From Octopus sinensis (lineage: Eukaryota): 29,569 nt of DNA. The notes below the pieces were generated by a model. That model had not been told where the DNA came from, did no database searches, and was given only the letters and a program-made list of their open reading frames with translations. Position numbers and translations under genes: made by a program. Position 1 is the first letter of the stretch, and the number at the start of each line of letters is the position of its first letter. Shown here in pieces: positions 19,735 to 29,569 of this stretch. The stretch spans positions 1-29,569 of the forward strand of contig NW_021832949.1 in assembly GCF_006345805.1 (NCBI RefSeq), given 5' to 3'.

Positions 19735-22712
19735 TGATCTTAGGGTTTGCAACACTAACTTCAGGAAACCTTCCGGCCACCTAGTCACCTACCGATCGGG
19801 CCGACATACCAGCCAAATTGACTACATCCTTGCCAGAAAAAGGGAAAGATGGCTGCTTATAAATGCCAAAACCTTCCCAGGCGAAGAATGTACCCCACAA
19901 CATAGACTGGTAATTAGTGACTTTAGGATCAGGACTAAGATGACGACCAGAAGACGACCAACATGGAGAAGAAGGATCTGGAAGCTTAAAGATCCTGTGA
20001 ATGGACAGAGATTTAGGGACATATTACTTGAAGCCTTTGACGAAGTAGAAGAGGATATAGCTTCATATGGGGTAGAAGACAACTGGACGTTCCCAAGGGA
20101 CAACCTGCTGAGAGCCACTGACCAGATCTGTGGCTGGTGCAAAGTCCCCTCTCGACCCAAAATAACATGGTGGTAGAAAAATGTTGTAGACAGGGATATT
20201 AGAGAAAAGAGACAGGCTTGGAAGGACTGGAAGAATGGTGGTAGCAGGGAATTGTATCAGACTGCCAAAAGGGAAGCTAAGAGACAGGTTTATTTAGCCA
20301 GAGGGGAAGCAGATAAGAAGAAATTTGCCAATGTTCTGCGCCGTGAGGACCAAAGACTTGAGGTGCTCCGTGTTGCAAGAGAGTGTGTGAGAGAGAATCG
20401 TGATGTGGTAGGAGAGAAATGTGTTCGCATGGATGATGGTTCACTTGCACTAAATGAGGATGCAAAGACAGAGGTTTGGAGATGCCACTATGAAATGTTG
20501 CTGAATAAAGAAAATGAAAATGAATGGGATAATGAGAGTCTGCTAAATGTTGACCCAACAGAGGGACCAGCTATCCGAGTTGACAGTTCCTTGGTAGTTA
20601 AGGCAATTAGAAGCATGAAGACAGGGAAAGCTCAAGGCAAATCAGGAATCACAGCAGAGATGCTCAAAATATCTGGTAGTGTCGGCTATAGCCTAGTCAC
20701 CCGTATAGTTAATTAGGTGATACACGAAGGAGTCATACCCAATGACTGGTGTAGCAGCATAATAGTCAACTGCTACAAAGGTAAAAGTGACGCCCTAGAT
20801 ACAAATAATTACAGAGGTATCAAGCTGTTGGATCAGGTAATGAAGGTTACGGAGAGGGTCATAGCCCAACTAATTAGAGAGAGCGGTAGTTTAGATGAGA
20901 TGCAGTTTGGGTTCGTGCCAGGGAAAAGTACCACTGATGGTATATTCCATGTAAGGCAGCTGCAGGAGAAATACCTAGCCAAAGATAAGCCCTTGTACCT
21001 GGCTTTTGTTGACATGGAGAAAGCCTTCGACAGGGTCCCCCATCCCTTATCTGGTGGTCAATGAGGAAACTAGGGATAAATGAATGGTTAGTGAGAGCTG
21101 TGCGAGCCATGTACAGGGATGCCGCTAGTAAGGTGAGGGTTGGCAACGAGTACAGTGAAGAATTCCGGGTAGAGGTAGGGGTCCACCATGGCTCAGTCCT
21201 CAGCCTCCTCCTATTTATCATAGTCCTCCAGGCAATAACAGAGGAATTCAAGACAGGATGCCCCTGGGAGCTCCTCTATGCTGATGACCTTGCTCTAATT
21301 GCTGAGTCACTATCAGAACTGGAGAAGTTTCAAGTGTGGAAGCAAGGATTAGAATCGAAAGGCCTTAGAGTCAATCTAGCTAAAACCGAAGTCCTAATAA
21401 GTAGGAAAGTAGACAAATCACAAACGCCTTCAGGTAGATGGCCCTGCTCGATCTGTAGAAAAGTTGTAGGTAGAAACTCCATAAGATGCACCAAGTGTAA
21501 GGTATAAACACATAAGAGGTGCAGCAATGTCAAAGGAAGGCTAACTAGGAAGATAGTTTTTGTATGTGGCAGATGCTCAGGAGCAATAAACACTGAAAAT
21601 GCTCTGAGACCAACTTCTGCCACATTCTAGGGAGAAAAACTAGAAATAGTTGTTAGCTTCCGTTACCTAGGTGACCAAGCCAGTAGTGGGGGTGGGTGTG
21701 TTGAAAGTGTAACTGCTAAAGTAAGAAGAATAGCTTGGGCAAAGTTCAGAGAGCTCTTACCTCTGCTGGTGACAAAAGGCCTCTCGCTCAGAGTAAAAGG
21801 CAGACTCTATGACGCATGTGTACGAACAGCGATGCTACATAGCAGTGAAACATGGACTGTGAGTGCTGAGGATATGCGTAAGCTCGCAAGAAATGAAGCT
21901 AGTATGCTCCGATGGAAGTATAATGTCAGTGTTCATACTTGACAGAGTGTAAGTACCTTGATAGAAAAGTTGGACCTAAGAAGCATCAGTTGTGGTGTGC
22001 AAGAGAGACGTATGCACTTGTATGGTCATGTGGCAAGAATGGATGAAGATAGTTGTGTGAAAAAGTGCCACACCCTAGCGGTTGAGGGAACCTGTGGAAG
22101 AGGTAGACCCAGGAAAACCTGGGACGAGGTGGTGAAGCACGACCTTCGAACTTTAGGTCTCACTGAGGAAATGACTAGAGACTGAGACCTTTGGAAGTAT
22201 GCCGTGCGTGAGAAGACCCAGCAGGACAAGTGAGACCACAACCCGTGGCCTCTACATGGAATGTAGCCAGTCCACTTATGCATACCTTTCCTTCTTGGGA
22301 TACAAAACTCTACTTGTGAAGACCTGTTGAGGCAAGTGAAAATCGAAAGCGAAATCGATCAACATCAATATAAATTGCAGCTGTGATACCAGTGCCGGTG
22401 GTACGTAAGAGAACCATCCGATCGTGGCCGTTGCCAGCCTCGCCTGGCCCCCGTGTCGGTGGCACATAAAAAGCACCATCCGATAGTGGCCGTTTGCCAG
22501 CCTCATCTGGCTCCTGTGCCGGTGGCACGTAAAAGGCACCCACTAAACTCACGGAATGGTTGGCGTTAGGAAGGGCATCCAGCTGTAGAAACACTGCCAG
22601 ATCAGACTGGGCCTGGTTCAGCCTTCTTGCTTCCCAGACCCCAGTTGAACTGTCCAACCCATGCTAGCATGGAAAGCGGACGCTAAACGATGATGATGAT
22701 GATGATGATGAT
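19735..22712 (+). mobile_element. RTE-A, 3-kb 5'-truncated copy (EN C-terminus, RT with PHD insert, 3'UTR with subrepeats, (GAT)8 tail); ORF disrupted
   Basis: EN motifs SQIDYIL and QHRLV. RT motifs YRGIKLLDQVMKV, QFGFVPGKSTTD, FVDMEKAFDRVP, GSVLS.LLF, ELLYADDL and FRYLG. In-frame stops at ~20174, ~20714 and ~21505, plus frameshifts. Confidence 0.95.
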
Positions 22713-25700
22713 GGCCGTCCATTCATGACCGAGGAAGACCATTGCCGACCTTCAGGAACATTGTGCGCTCTAGGACTAACTTATATTTTGCACTTGCGGC
22801 TCCATTGGTGGCTAATGAGCCCTGCTCTTGACAAGCATACACGACTGCAAACATTGCAGACCAAGCTTTCCCCATTCACTATACGAGTCGTGCGCTTTCG
22901 CGCAGCTCGCTTAAGTTCTTCATGCTGGATACATGCTCTCTCAAAAATGTCGATCCCCTCCTTAACCTGCTGCCTCCATCTGTGGCAATGACAGGCATTG
23001 TTCTCCTAGTCAGTGTCCTGCATATCACAGGCCTTTAATGAGGACTTGACACAGTCCTTAAATTGCAGCCTTGGTTTCTGCCGGAGTCTCCTTCAATTCA
23101 CAAGTTCTCCATAGAGCATCTACTTAGGAATCCTTCTATCCTTCAATCTAATAAGATGTTCAGTCCAACGCAACCGGTGCTTGTGCACCATCACCTCAAT
23201 ACTCAAGATATCAGCTGTCCTCAGGATCTGTGTGTCTGGAATTTTTGAGGTCCAGCCAACATTGAGAATGTGTCTGAGACATCTCTGATGAAAACGTTCA
23301 AGGACCCTTACCTGACGTTTGTACAGAGTCCATGTCTCACATGAGTAGAGAAGCGATGTCAGTACACAAGCACGGTACACGGCAACTTTTGTTCGCCTTG
23401 CAATGCCATGTTGGGACCAGATTCGAGACTGAAGAGACCGGAAGGAATTAGTTGCTCTCTGCAACCTGAAAGATATTTCCTCATCCAGGGAGCAAGAACG
23501 GCTGAGTGTGCTGCCCAGGTAGACAAACTTGTTTACTACCTTCAGAATTGTTCCTTCAACCAAGATAGCTGGTTCTATATATGGATTTCCTGGTGCAGGC
23601 TGGAATATTACAACAGTCTTGTCCAGGCTAATGCTGAGTCCAAATGCCCTGAAAGAAGCAGAAATGCAATTCATGAGTATTTGCATGTCATCCACTGTAT
23701 GAGTGACTAAGTCACAGTCATCTGCATAAAGGAGGTCACGAATAATAGACTGGGAAACCTTTGAATTGGCAGCAAATCGGCGAAGATTAAAGAGGCAGCC
23801 AGAAGATTGATATCTGAAATATATTCCCAGAGAGCTAACCTTAGCAAAAGCATGAGTAAAAGCAGCAGCAAAGTACAAAGAAAAGAGAGTTGGGGCAAGG
23901 ATGTCACCCTGCTTGACACCATTCTCTACAGGAACGGGTCCCACCATGGCACCACCAACATTGACCCAAGCCTCCATCCCATCATGAAAGGATTTAATTA
24001 TAGATACAAAGTGATCCGGACATCCAAGTTTGCCAAGTATTTTCCATAGAAAGGCCCTATTTACAGTATCAAAGGCCTTAGTTAAATCAATGAATATCTG
24101 GACAAGATCCATTTTCTGCTCATAGCACTTCTCCTGCATCTGTTTTGCTGTGAAAATCATATCCATTGCCCTCTACCAGATCGGAAGCCACATTGAGATT
24201 CAGATAGGACATCATTTACGAGACACCCATTCAGACGGGTAAGAAGAATATTTGCCAGAACCTTGCCAGCAGCTGATAGTAGAGCAATACCTCTGTAGTT
24301 ACCACACATTGTTCTGGCTCCTTTTCCTTTATATAGAGGAAAAATAATTGCATCCTTCCAGTCCTTAGGGATTGCACCATCCCTCCAGACTGCACTAATA
24401 AGTTTGTGAAGGGACTGTGTGATGCAATTACCACCAAATCGCAAGACCTCAGCACAAATTCCATCCTTTCCAGGTGCCCTACCAAGATTCAATTTACTTA
24501 TTGATGTCATTACTTCATCTATTGAGGGTGAGGAGTCTAAGGAGCCAATGATAGGTCTTTCTTGCATAGTATCAATCACTGTTTCATCCACAACTGACTC
24601 ATGGTTTAGGGGTTCACAGAAGTGTTCGATCAAGCGACCTGTGATTTCTGTTGATTTAGCAAACAGAGTGGAAGACTCCTTGGAAAGCAAAGGAGCTGAT
24701 GTGGAGCTCTTAGGTCCATAAGCTCACTTCATAAGATGGTAAAGCTTCTTGCTGTCATTTGCATCAGCAGCAGCCTGAACATCACGAGCAAGATCCTCCC
24801 ACCAAGTGTTCTGCATCTTCCTGAGAGATCGCTGCAGTAGTGATTTTACACTGTTATAGTGGGCAAGTGCTAGACTTCGCTGCACAGTAGACAGTTCTCT
24901 GTGCAGCAATATACTGTGGGCATGGTGCTTCATCACTAATAGTCGTTGAATTCCAGCATCATTCTCATCAAACCAGTCTCTGTGTCTGGCAGTAACATAC
25001 CCCTGCACATTGAACAATCTGGTCTCGAAAATCTTCCCATGCTGCAGCAGTTTCAATGCTGGACAAGCGAGTCTGAAGCACTTTCCTAACCACAACATCA
25101 TATACCTTGTGGACATTTAGACGGCGAGGAACGCTGACTGGTCCTCTTTTCTCTTTCGCCTTAATTACCATTCGGAACTTTGCTCGCACCAGACTGTGGT
25201 CTGTCCAGCATTCTGATCCATGCAAGGACTTGACATTACAAATGTCATAAATGTCACACTTGCGGATGATGACATAATTCAGCAAGTGCCAAACTTTGGA
25301 CCTTGGATGCATCTATGTTGTTGTGTGATCACCTTTGTGCACAAAATGAGTGCTTGCAATGTAAAGTCCATGTTCTTCGCAAAGCTCCAGTAGCATGAGA
25401 CCATTGCTATTCATTTTCCCTACTCCAAAACGTCCTAGAGAGTTCCATGTTTGCCAGTTTGTTCCAACCCTGGCATTAAAATCCCCCAGTAGAATGACTT
25501 TATCAGAATTGGGGATTTTTCTAAGTATGGCACTCAGCTGGGTATAAAAGATTGTTTTATCTTAATCAAAGCTAGTCAAAGTAGGTGTATATGCACTTAT
25601 TAGAGTAGCAAACCGCTTACCTTTCAAGTGCAACTGTAGCATCATTATACGTTCATTTATAGAAACAGGGAGCTCTTCTAACTTCTTAAGGACATCAGAT

Positions 25701-26850
25701 CGGACTGCAAAACCAACACCAGCCTCTCTGCGCTCCTCCTCCTGCCTTCCTTTCCAAAAAAAGGTGTATCCACCTCCTACTTCCTCAAGTTGACCATCAC
25801 CTTCTATACGAGTCTCTGAGAGTGCAGCTATATCAATTTTATAACGGTTCAGCTCACGAGCAACAAGTGCAGTGCATCTTTCAGGCCTGCAATCACTCTT
25901 GTTGTGTGCACACATTCCAACATGAAATGTTTAAGTTCTGTCCAGATATTATAGATAAAAGACACTTTGTTTTTCGAGCGCAGGGTGGACATCCGTCAGT
26001 CGCGCTAAACTGACCAGATATGGAAAGACAGGCAATTTTTGGTTCACCTTTTCTAGAACCTCCCCACTCTCCAGGTGAGCAGTGCCATCTCCAAATGAAG
26101 CTGCTCAGACACCCATGCAGCAACCGAATCCTACCGCTGTCTTGGGCGACAAGGAGACGACTTTATATCTAGCATTGGCCGCCTACATGCAGGTCGCTGA
26201 CTACATGCTTCCAACTCATCAGGTCTGCATGCTTCACCACCTTCCCATCGCCACAGGACTTCCGAATAAAAAAATAAAAAATATATACTAAAAATAAGAT
26301 AAATATATATAGAATAAAAAAAAAAATGCACATATCAAGCAGAGGTCGGCAATGCCTGAGCAGAGTTTTAGGTCCAATAAGGCTTGCACAACATAGACCC
26401 TCTCCACTTTATTGACATTATCCAGAGACAAGCCGGAGCAAGATGTTTGGTGCCAATATGAGTCGCAGGCTCAGGGATGTGGCAGCGCCGTGATCTATAG
26501 CACAAACCAAAGATCCCCAAAATGTCCAATGCCATTCCCTGCATATCTGGGTTTATATCAGAGTGACCTTCTCCTAGAGACATGCTTTAACAAAAGCTCA
26601 GGGGCATCTCACTCCCAGTGATCTTTCAGCATGCTGGACACCACCCTGGAATTTCTGCATACCCGTGCTAACATTTATTAGATGGCCATTGACTCTCAAG
26701 AGGTCCTCCGCCCTTTGACGGGTTTTGTTTTTCATCCCGCAGGGTGTCCAAAAAACACCCTCCTCACCAAGCAAGCTTGGTGGGGTTGCCTGTTTAGTCG
26801 CCGACGACCCAACCATGCAACAGGTTGTACTGGGTTACATGTTACCAGTA
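22689..26850 (-). mobile_element. Full-length BovB/AviRTE-like RTE LINE (RTE-B), ~4.15 kb, single disrupted EN-RT ORF with long 5'UTR
   Basis: EN motifs LNISCWNV, TALVARELNRYKIDIAALSETR, LGDFNARVG, MHPRSKVWHLLNYVI and TDHSLV. RT motifs NYRGIALLS, ESQCGFRSGRG, FIDLTKAFDTV, GVKQGDILAP, LLYADD and FVYLGS. C-terminal CNVC...GLISH zinc finger. The ORF spans about 22784-25940. Confidence 0.9.
26789..26844 (-). ncRNA. Degenerate HDV-like (nested double pseudoknot) self-cleaving ribozyme at the RTE-B 5' end
   Basis: Minus strand reads TAACAT-GTAA-CCCAGT-ACA-ACCTGT-TGC-ATGGTT-GG-G-TCG-TCGG-CGA-CTAA-ACAGG. This matches the order P1, J1/2, P2, P3, L3, P3', P1', P1.1, P4 and J4/2 (CUAA), P2'. There are mismatches in P1, P2 and P3, and L3 is one base short. 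Confidence 0.55.
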
Positions 26851-26888
26851 GCACTCAAAAGTGATCTGACATGATATATATATATATA

Positions 26889-27513
26889 TTTGGAAATATG
26901 CAGTGCATGAGAAGACACAGCAAGCCAAGTGAGACCATAATCCATGACCTATACCAGGGGTGTCAACAGCCCACTTCTGCATTCCTTTCCTTCATTAGAC
27001 ACTAAACTCTGCTTGTGAAGACCTGTTGAGGCAAGTAAAATTGAAATCAAATCAAATTTACAAATTTGATGACTGATGCACGTGCCAGTGGAGCACTAAG
27101 AGCATCATCCGAGCGTGATCACTGCCAGAGCAGCTGACTGGCTTCTGTGCCGGTGGCACGTAAAGAGCACCATTCAAACGTGATCATTACTAGCGTCACC
27201 TTACTGGCACGTGAAAAACATTCAAGCGAGGTCATTGCCAGTGCCACTGGACTGGCTCCTGTGCAGATGGCACGTAAAAAACACCACATGAGTATGACCG
27301 TTGCCAGTACCAACTGACTGGCCCTTGCGCCAATGGCACGTAAAAGCGCCCACTACACTCTCGGAGTGGTTGGTGTTAGGAAGGGCATCCAGCTGTAGAA
27401 ACTCTGCCAGATCAGATTCGAGCCTGGTGCAGCCATCTCGTTCGCAGTTCCTCAGTCAAATAGTTCAACCTATGCTAGCATGGAAAGCGGACGTTAAACA
27501 ATAATAATGATGA
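26889..27513 (+). mobile_element. RTE-A-family 3' fragment (3'UTR with five ~55-65 bp subrepeats and tail)
   Basis: Aligns with 22190-22712: TTTGGAAATATGC...GAGAAGAC; CTTGTGAAGACCTGTTGAGGCAAGT; GTTAGGAAGGGCATCCAGCTGTAGAAAC; GCATGGAAAGCGGACGTTAAAC. Confidence 0.9.
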
Positions 27514-27519
27514 AGACAT

Positions 27520-27681
<162 letters not shown>

Positions 27682-29541
27682 TTCCAAACGGAACTGAATG
27701 AGAAACTTTCGAAAATGAAAAGCTCCCCGCACCTCCATGTCCCTTCGGACAAGACAAAAAATATTTACGCGGTGACTCCGGATACCTACAACAGACTAGC
27801 TGATAACGCCATCACAGCTAAGTACAAGAAAGTAGACAACACAGCGCTAACTGAAACCAACTTAGCCGGGAAAGAGATTGCCACCTCCCTTAAAATCGAT
27901 GACCGAACTGAACCCCTGAGGGTGAAGTCCCCACACTTCACCCTGAAAGACCACAAAGACCATTTCGAAAATAAACCGTCGGTCCGACTGATTAACCCAA
28001 CCAAGTCTGACATCGGATCCGTCAGCAAGAAGATCCTGGACAGGATTTTACCAAAAATGCGTGAAGCTTCACCCCTTCCACTCTGGAATAGGACCTCCGA
28101 GGCAATAACCTGGTTCCGGGATTTACCTGACAAAAGCAACACCCGATTCCTACAACTGGATATCGAGGATTACTACGCCTCCATATCGGAGAGCTTGCTG
28201 ATCGACGCGATTAAATTCGCCAGGAGGTCCTCCACCATCACCGAGGCCGAGCAAGATGTGATCCTCCACGCACGTAAGACTTTTCTTTTCCACGACGGAT
28301 CCCACTGGATCAACAAAAAATCTGTGACCCCCTTCGACGTCAGCATGGGTGCTAGCGACTCGGCTGAACTAAGTGACCTAGTGGGCCTTTTCATCCTCCA
28401 TAGGCTGAAGACCCTATTCACAGGCCTCTCCGGTGGTCTTTACCGCGATGACGGCCTTTTCGCCCTCCACAAAATAAACCCCAGGACCACGGATGGGTTC
28501 TGGAAAAATCTTTACACTTTTTTTAAAAACTTAGGCCTTAGGATTACCTTAGAATCCAACTTAACCAAAGCTAACTTCCTTGACGTCACCCTCGACTTAA
28601 AAACCTCACTTTATTACCCGTACCACAAACCAAATGAATCCCTTAGATATATAGACATTAATTCCAACCACCCCAAAAATATATTAGATAACCTAGTAAA
28701 AAGTGTCTCAATTAGAATTTCTAGCCTGTCCGCCACGGAAGATATCTTTAAGGCCGCAGCCCCCTATTACAATGAGGCCCTGGCCCGCAGTGGCTTTAAA
28801 GATAAGATTACCTATACTAGTATAGCCCCACGCCAACCCAGGAAAAATAGACGAAGACACATTAGCTGGTACAACCCCCCCTTCAACCGTGAGGTCGCTA
28901 CACCTGTAGCTAAAATCTTCTTCACTCTCCTACAGAAACACTTCCCCAACCAACATAAGTACTACACTATCCTAAAGAACACTATTAGACTCTCCTACTC
29001 TACCACGCCCAATCTAGCCAGGAACCTAGCCAACAACAATGTGAAAAAACTTAACATATCTACTTTTTCCGAGGCCCATCCAACATCCGATAGCAATTGC
29101 AACTGCCCTGATAAAACCACTTGCCCCCTCAACAACAACTGCCTAAAGAGGGACCTCGTATATACATGCGAGGTAAGATCAGGCCCTGATGATAAAAGAA
29201 AATCCTACATCGGAATGACGTCAAACAGCTTTAAGACCCGCTGGTACGCCCACACACACTCGTTCCGGCGACAGGATAAATCCAACCAAACTACCCTCGC
29301 CGCCCACATCTGGTACCTTGAAAGGAACTCCATCCACTTCAAGACCAAGTGGAAACTACTACAGAAGGCGCGTTCGTACACAGGAGGCCATACCTGCTGT
29401 GACCTTTGCATTTTGGAGAGCCTAGAGATCTTGTTCGCCAAAGGCCCTCTCCTTAACAAAATCTCAGAACACTCCCCAAATTGCATGCATAAGAATTATG
29501 CAAACTACAAGAACTATAGACCTACCCGGCAACCAGATTGA
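27682..29541 (+). CDS. Penelope-like retroelement ORF: reverse transcriptase plus C-terminal GIY-YIG endonuclease; uninterrupted but 5'-truncated at (TA)n
   Basis: The frame is open from 27682 (FQTELNEKLSKM..., ATG at 27715). RT motifs VPSDKT, LQLDIEDYYASI, SMGASDSAELSDLVG, LYRDDGL and NFLDVTL. Linker WYNPPF and CNCPDKTTCPLNNNC. EN motifs LVYTC, SYIGMT...FKTRWYAH, LAAHIW and CDLC. Confidence 0.95.
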   Translation, partial: FQTELNEKLSKMKSSPHLHVPSDKTKNIYAVTPDTYNRLADNAITAKYKKVDNTALTETNLAGKEIATSLKIDDRTEPLRVKSPHFTLKDHKDHFENKPSVRLINPTKSDIGSVSKKILDRILPKMREASPLPLWNRTSEAITWFRDLPDKSNTRFLQLDIEDYYASISESLLIDAIKFARRSSTITEAEQDVILHARKTFLFHDGSHWINKKSVTPFDVSMGASDSAELSDLVGLFILHRLKTLFTGLSGGLYRDDGLFALHKINPRTTDGFWKNLYTFFKNLGLRITLESNLTKANFLDVTLDLKTSLYYPYHKPNESLRYIDINSNHPKNILDNLVKSVSIRISSLSATEDIFKAAAPYYNEALARSGFKDKITYTSIAPRQPRKNRRRHISWYNPPFNREVATPVAKIFFTLLQKHFPNQHKYYTILKNTIRLSYSTTPNLARNLANNNVKKLNISTFSEAHPTSDSNCNCPDKTTCPLNNNCLKRDLVYTCEVRSGPDDKRKSYIGMTSNSFKTRWYAHTHSFRRQDKSNQTTLAAHIWYLERNSIHFKTKWKLLQKARSYTGGHTCCDLCILESLEILFAKGPLLNKISEHSPNCMHKNYANYKNYRPTRQPD

Positions 29542-29569
29542 TGACACCCCACCCACAAACCCCCCCAAA

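Noticed and set aside
26207-26223. CTGATGAG...GGAAG on the minus strand as a hammerhead core
   Set aside because: There is no GAAA or stem II and no flanking stems I or III.
27694-27714. CTGAATGAG...CGAAA as a Penelope hammerhead
   Set aside because: The core spacing is wrong (CUGA-NN-GA), and the stretch is in-frame RT coding sequence (ELNEKLSK).

Overview
Eukaryotic animal genomic DNA, very rich in repeats and microsatellites. The repeat families look like those of octopus; this is recalled similarity, not a search result. The only host coding sequence I can support is one 166-nt minus-strand exon (7857-8022) encoding part of a CUB domain that closely resembles the second CUB domain of MEGF8. 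The window is therefore probably two large introns of MEGF8 filled with transposable elements. These are: a ~355-bp tandem array; a tRNA-derived SINE; at least seven pieces of one RTE-type LINE family (RTE-A, (GAT)n tail, PHD finger inside the RT); decayed Tc1 and mariner DNA transposons; a short RTE fragment with a TSD; a young L1/Tx1-clade LINE embedded in a (GATA)n microsatellite; a full-length BovB/AviRTE-like LINE (RTE-B) with a degenerate HDV-like ribozyme at its 5' end, joined tail-to-tail to RTE-A through one shared (GAT/ATC)8 tract; one decayed Penelope-like endonuclease fragment; and one uninterrupted Penelope-like RT + GIY-YIG ORF. Most short ORFs in the track are artefacts of microsatellites or antisense frames. 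Frequent single-base indels suggest residual long-read assembly error.
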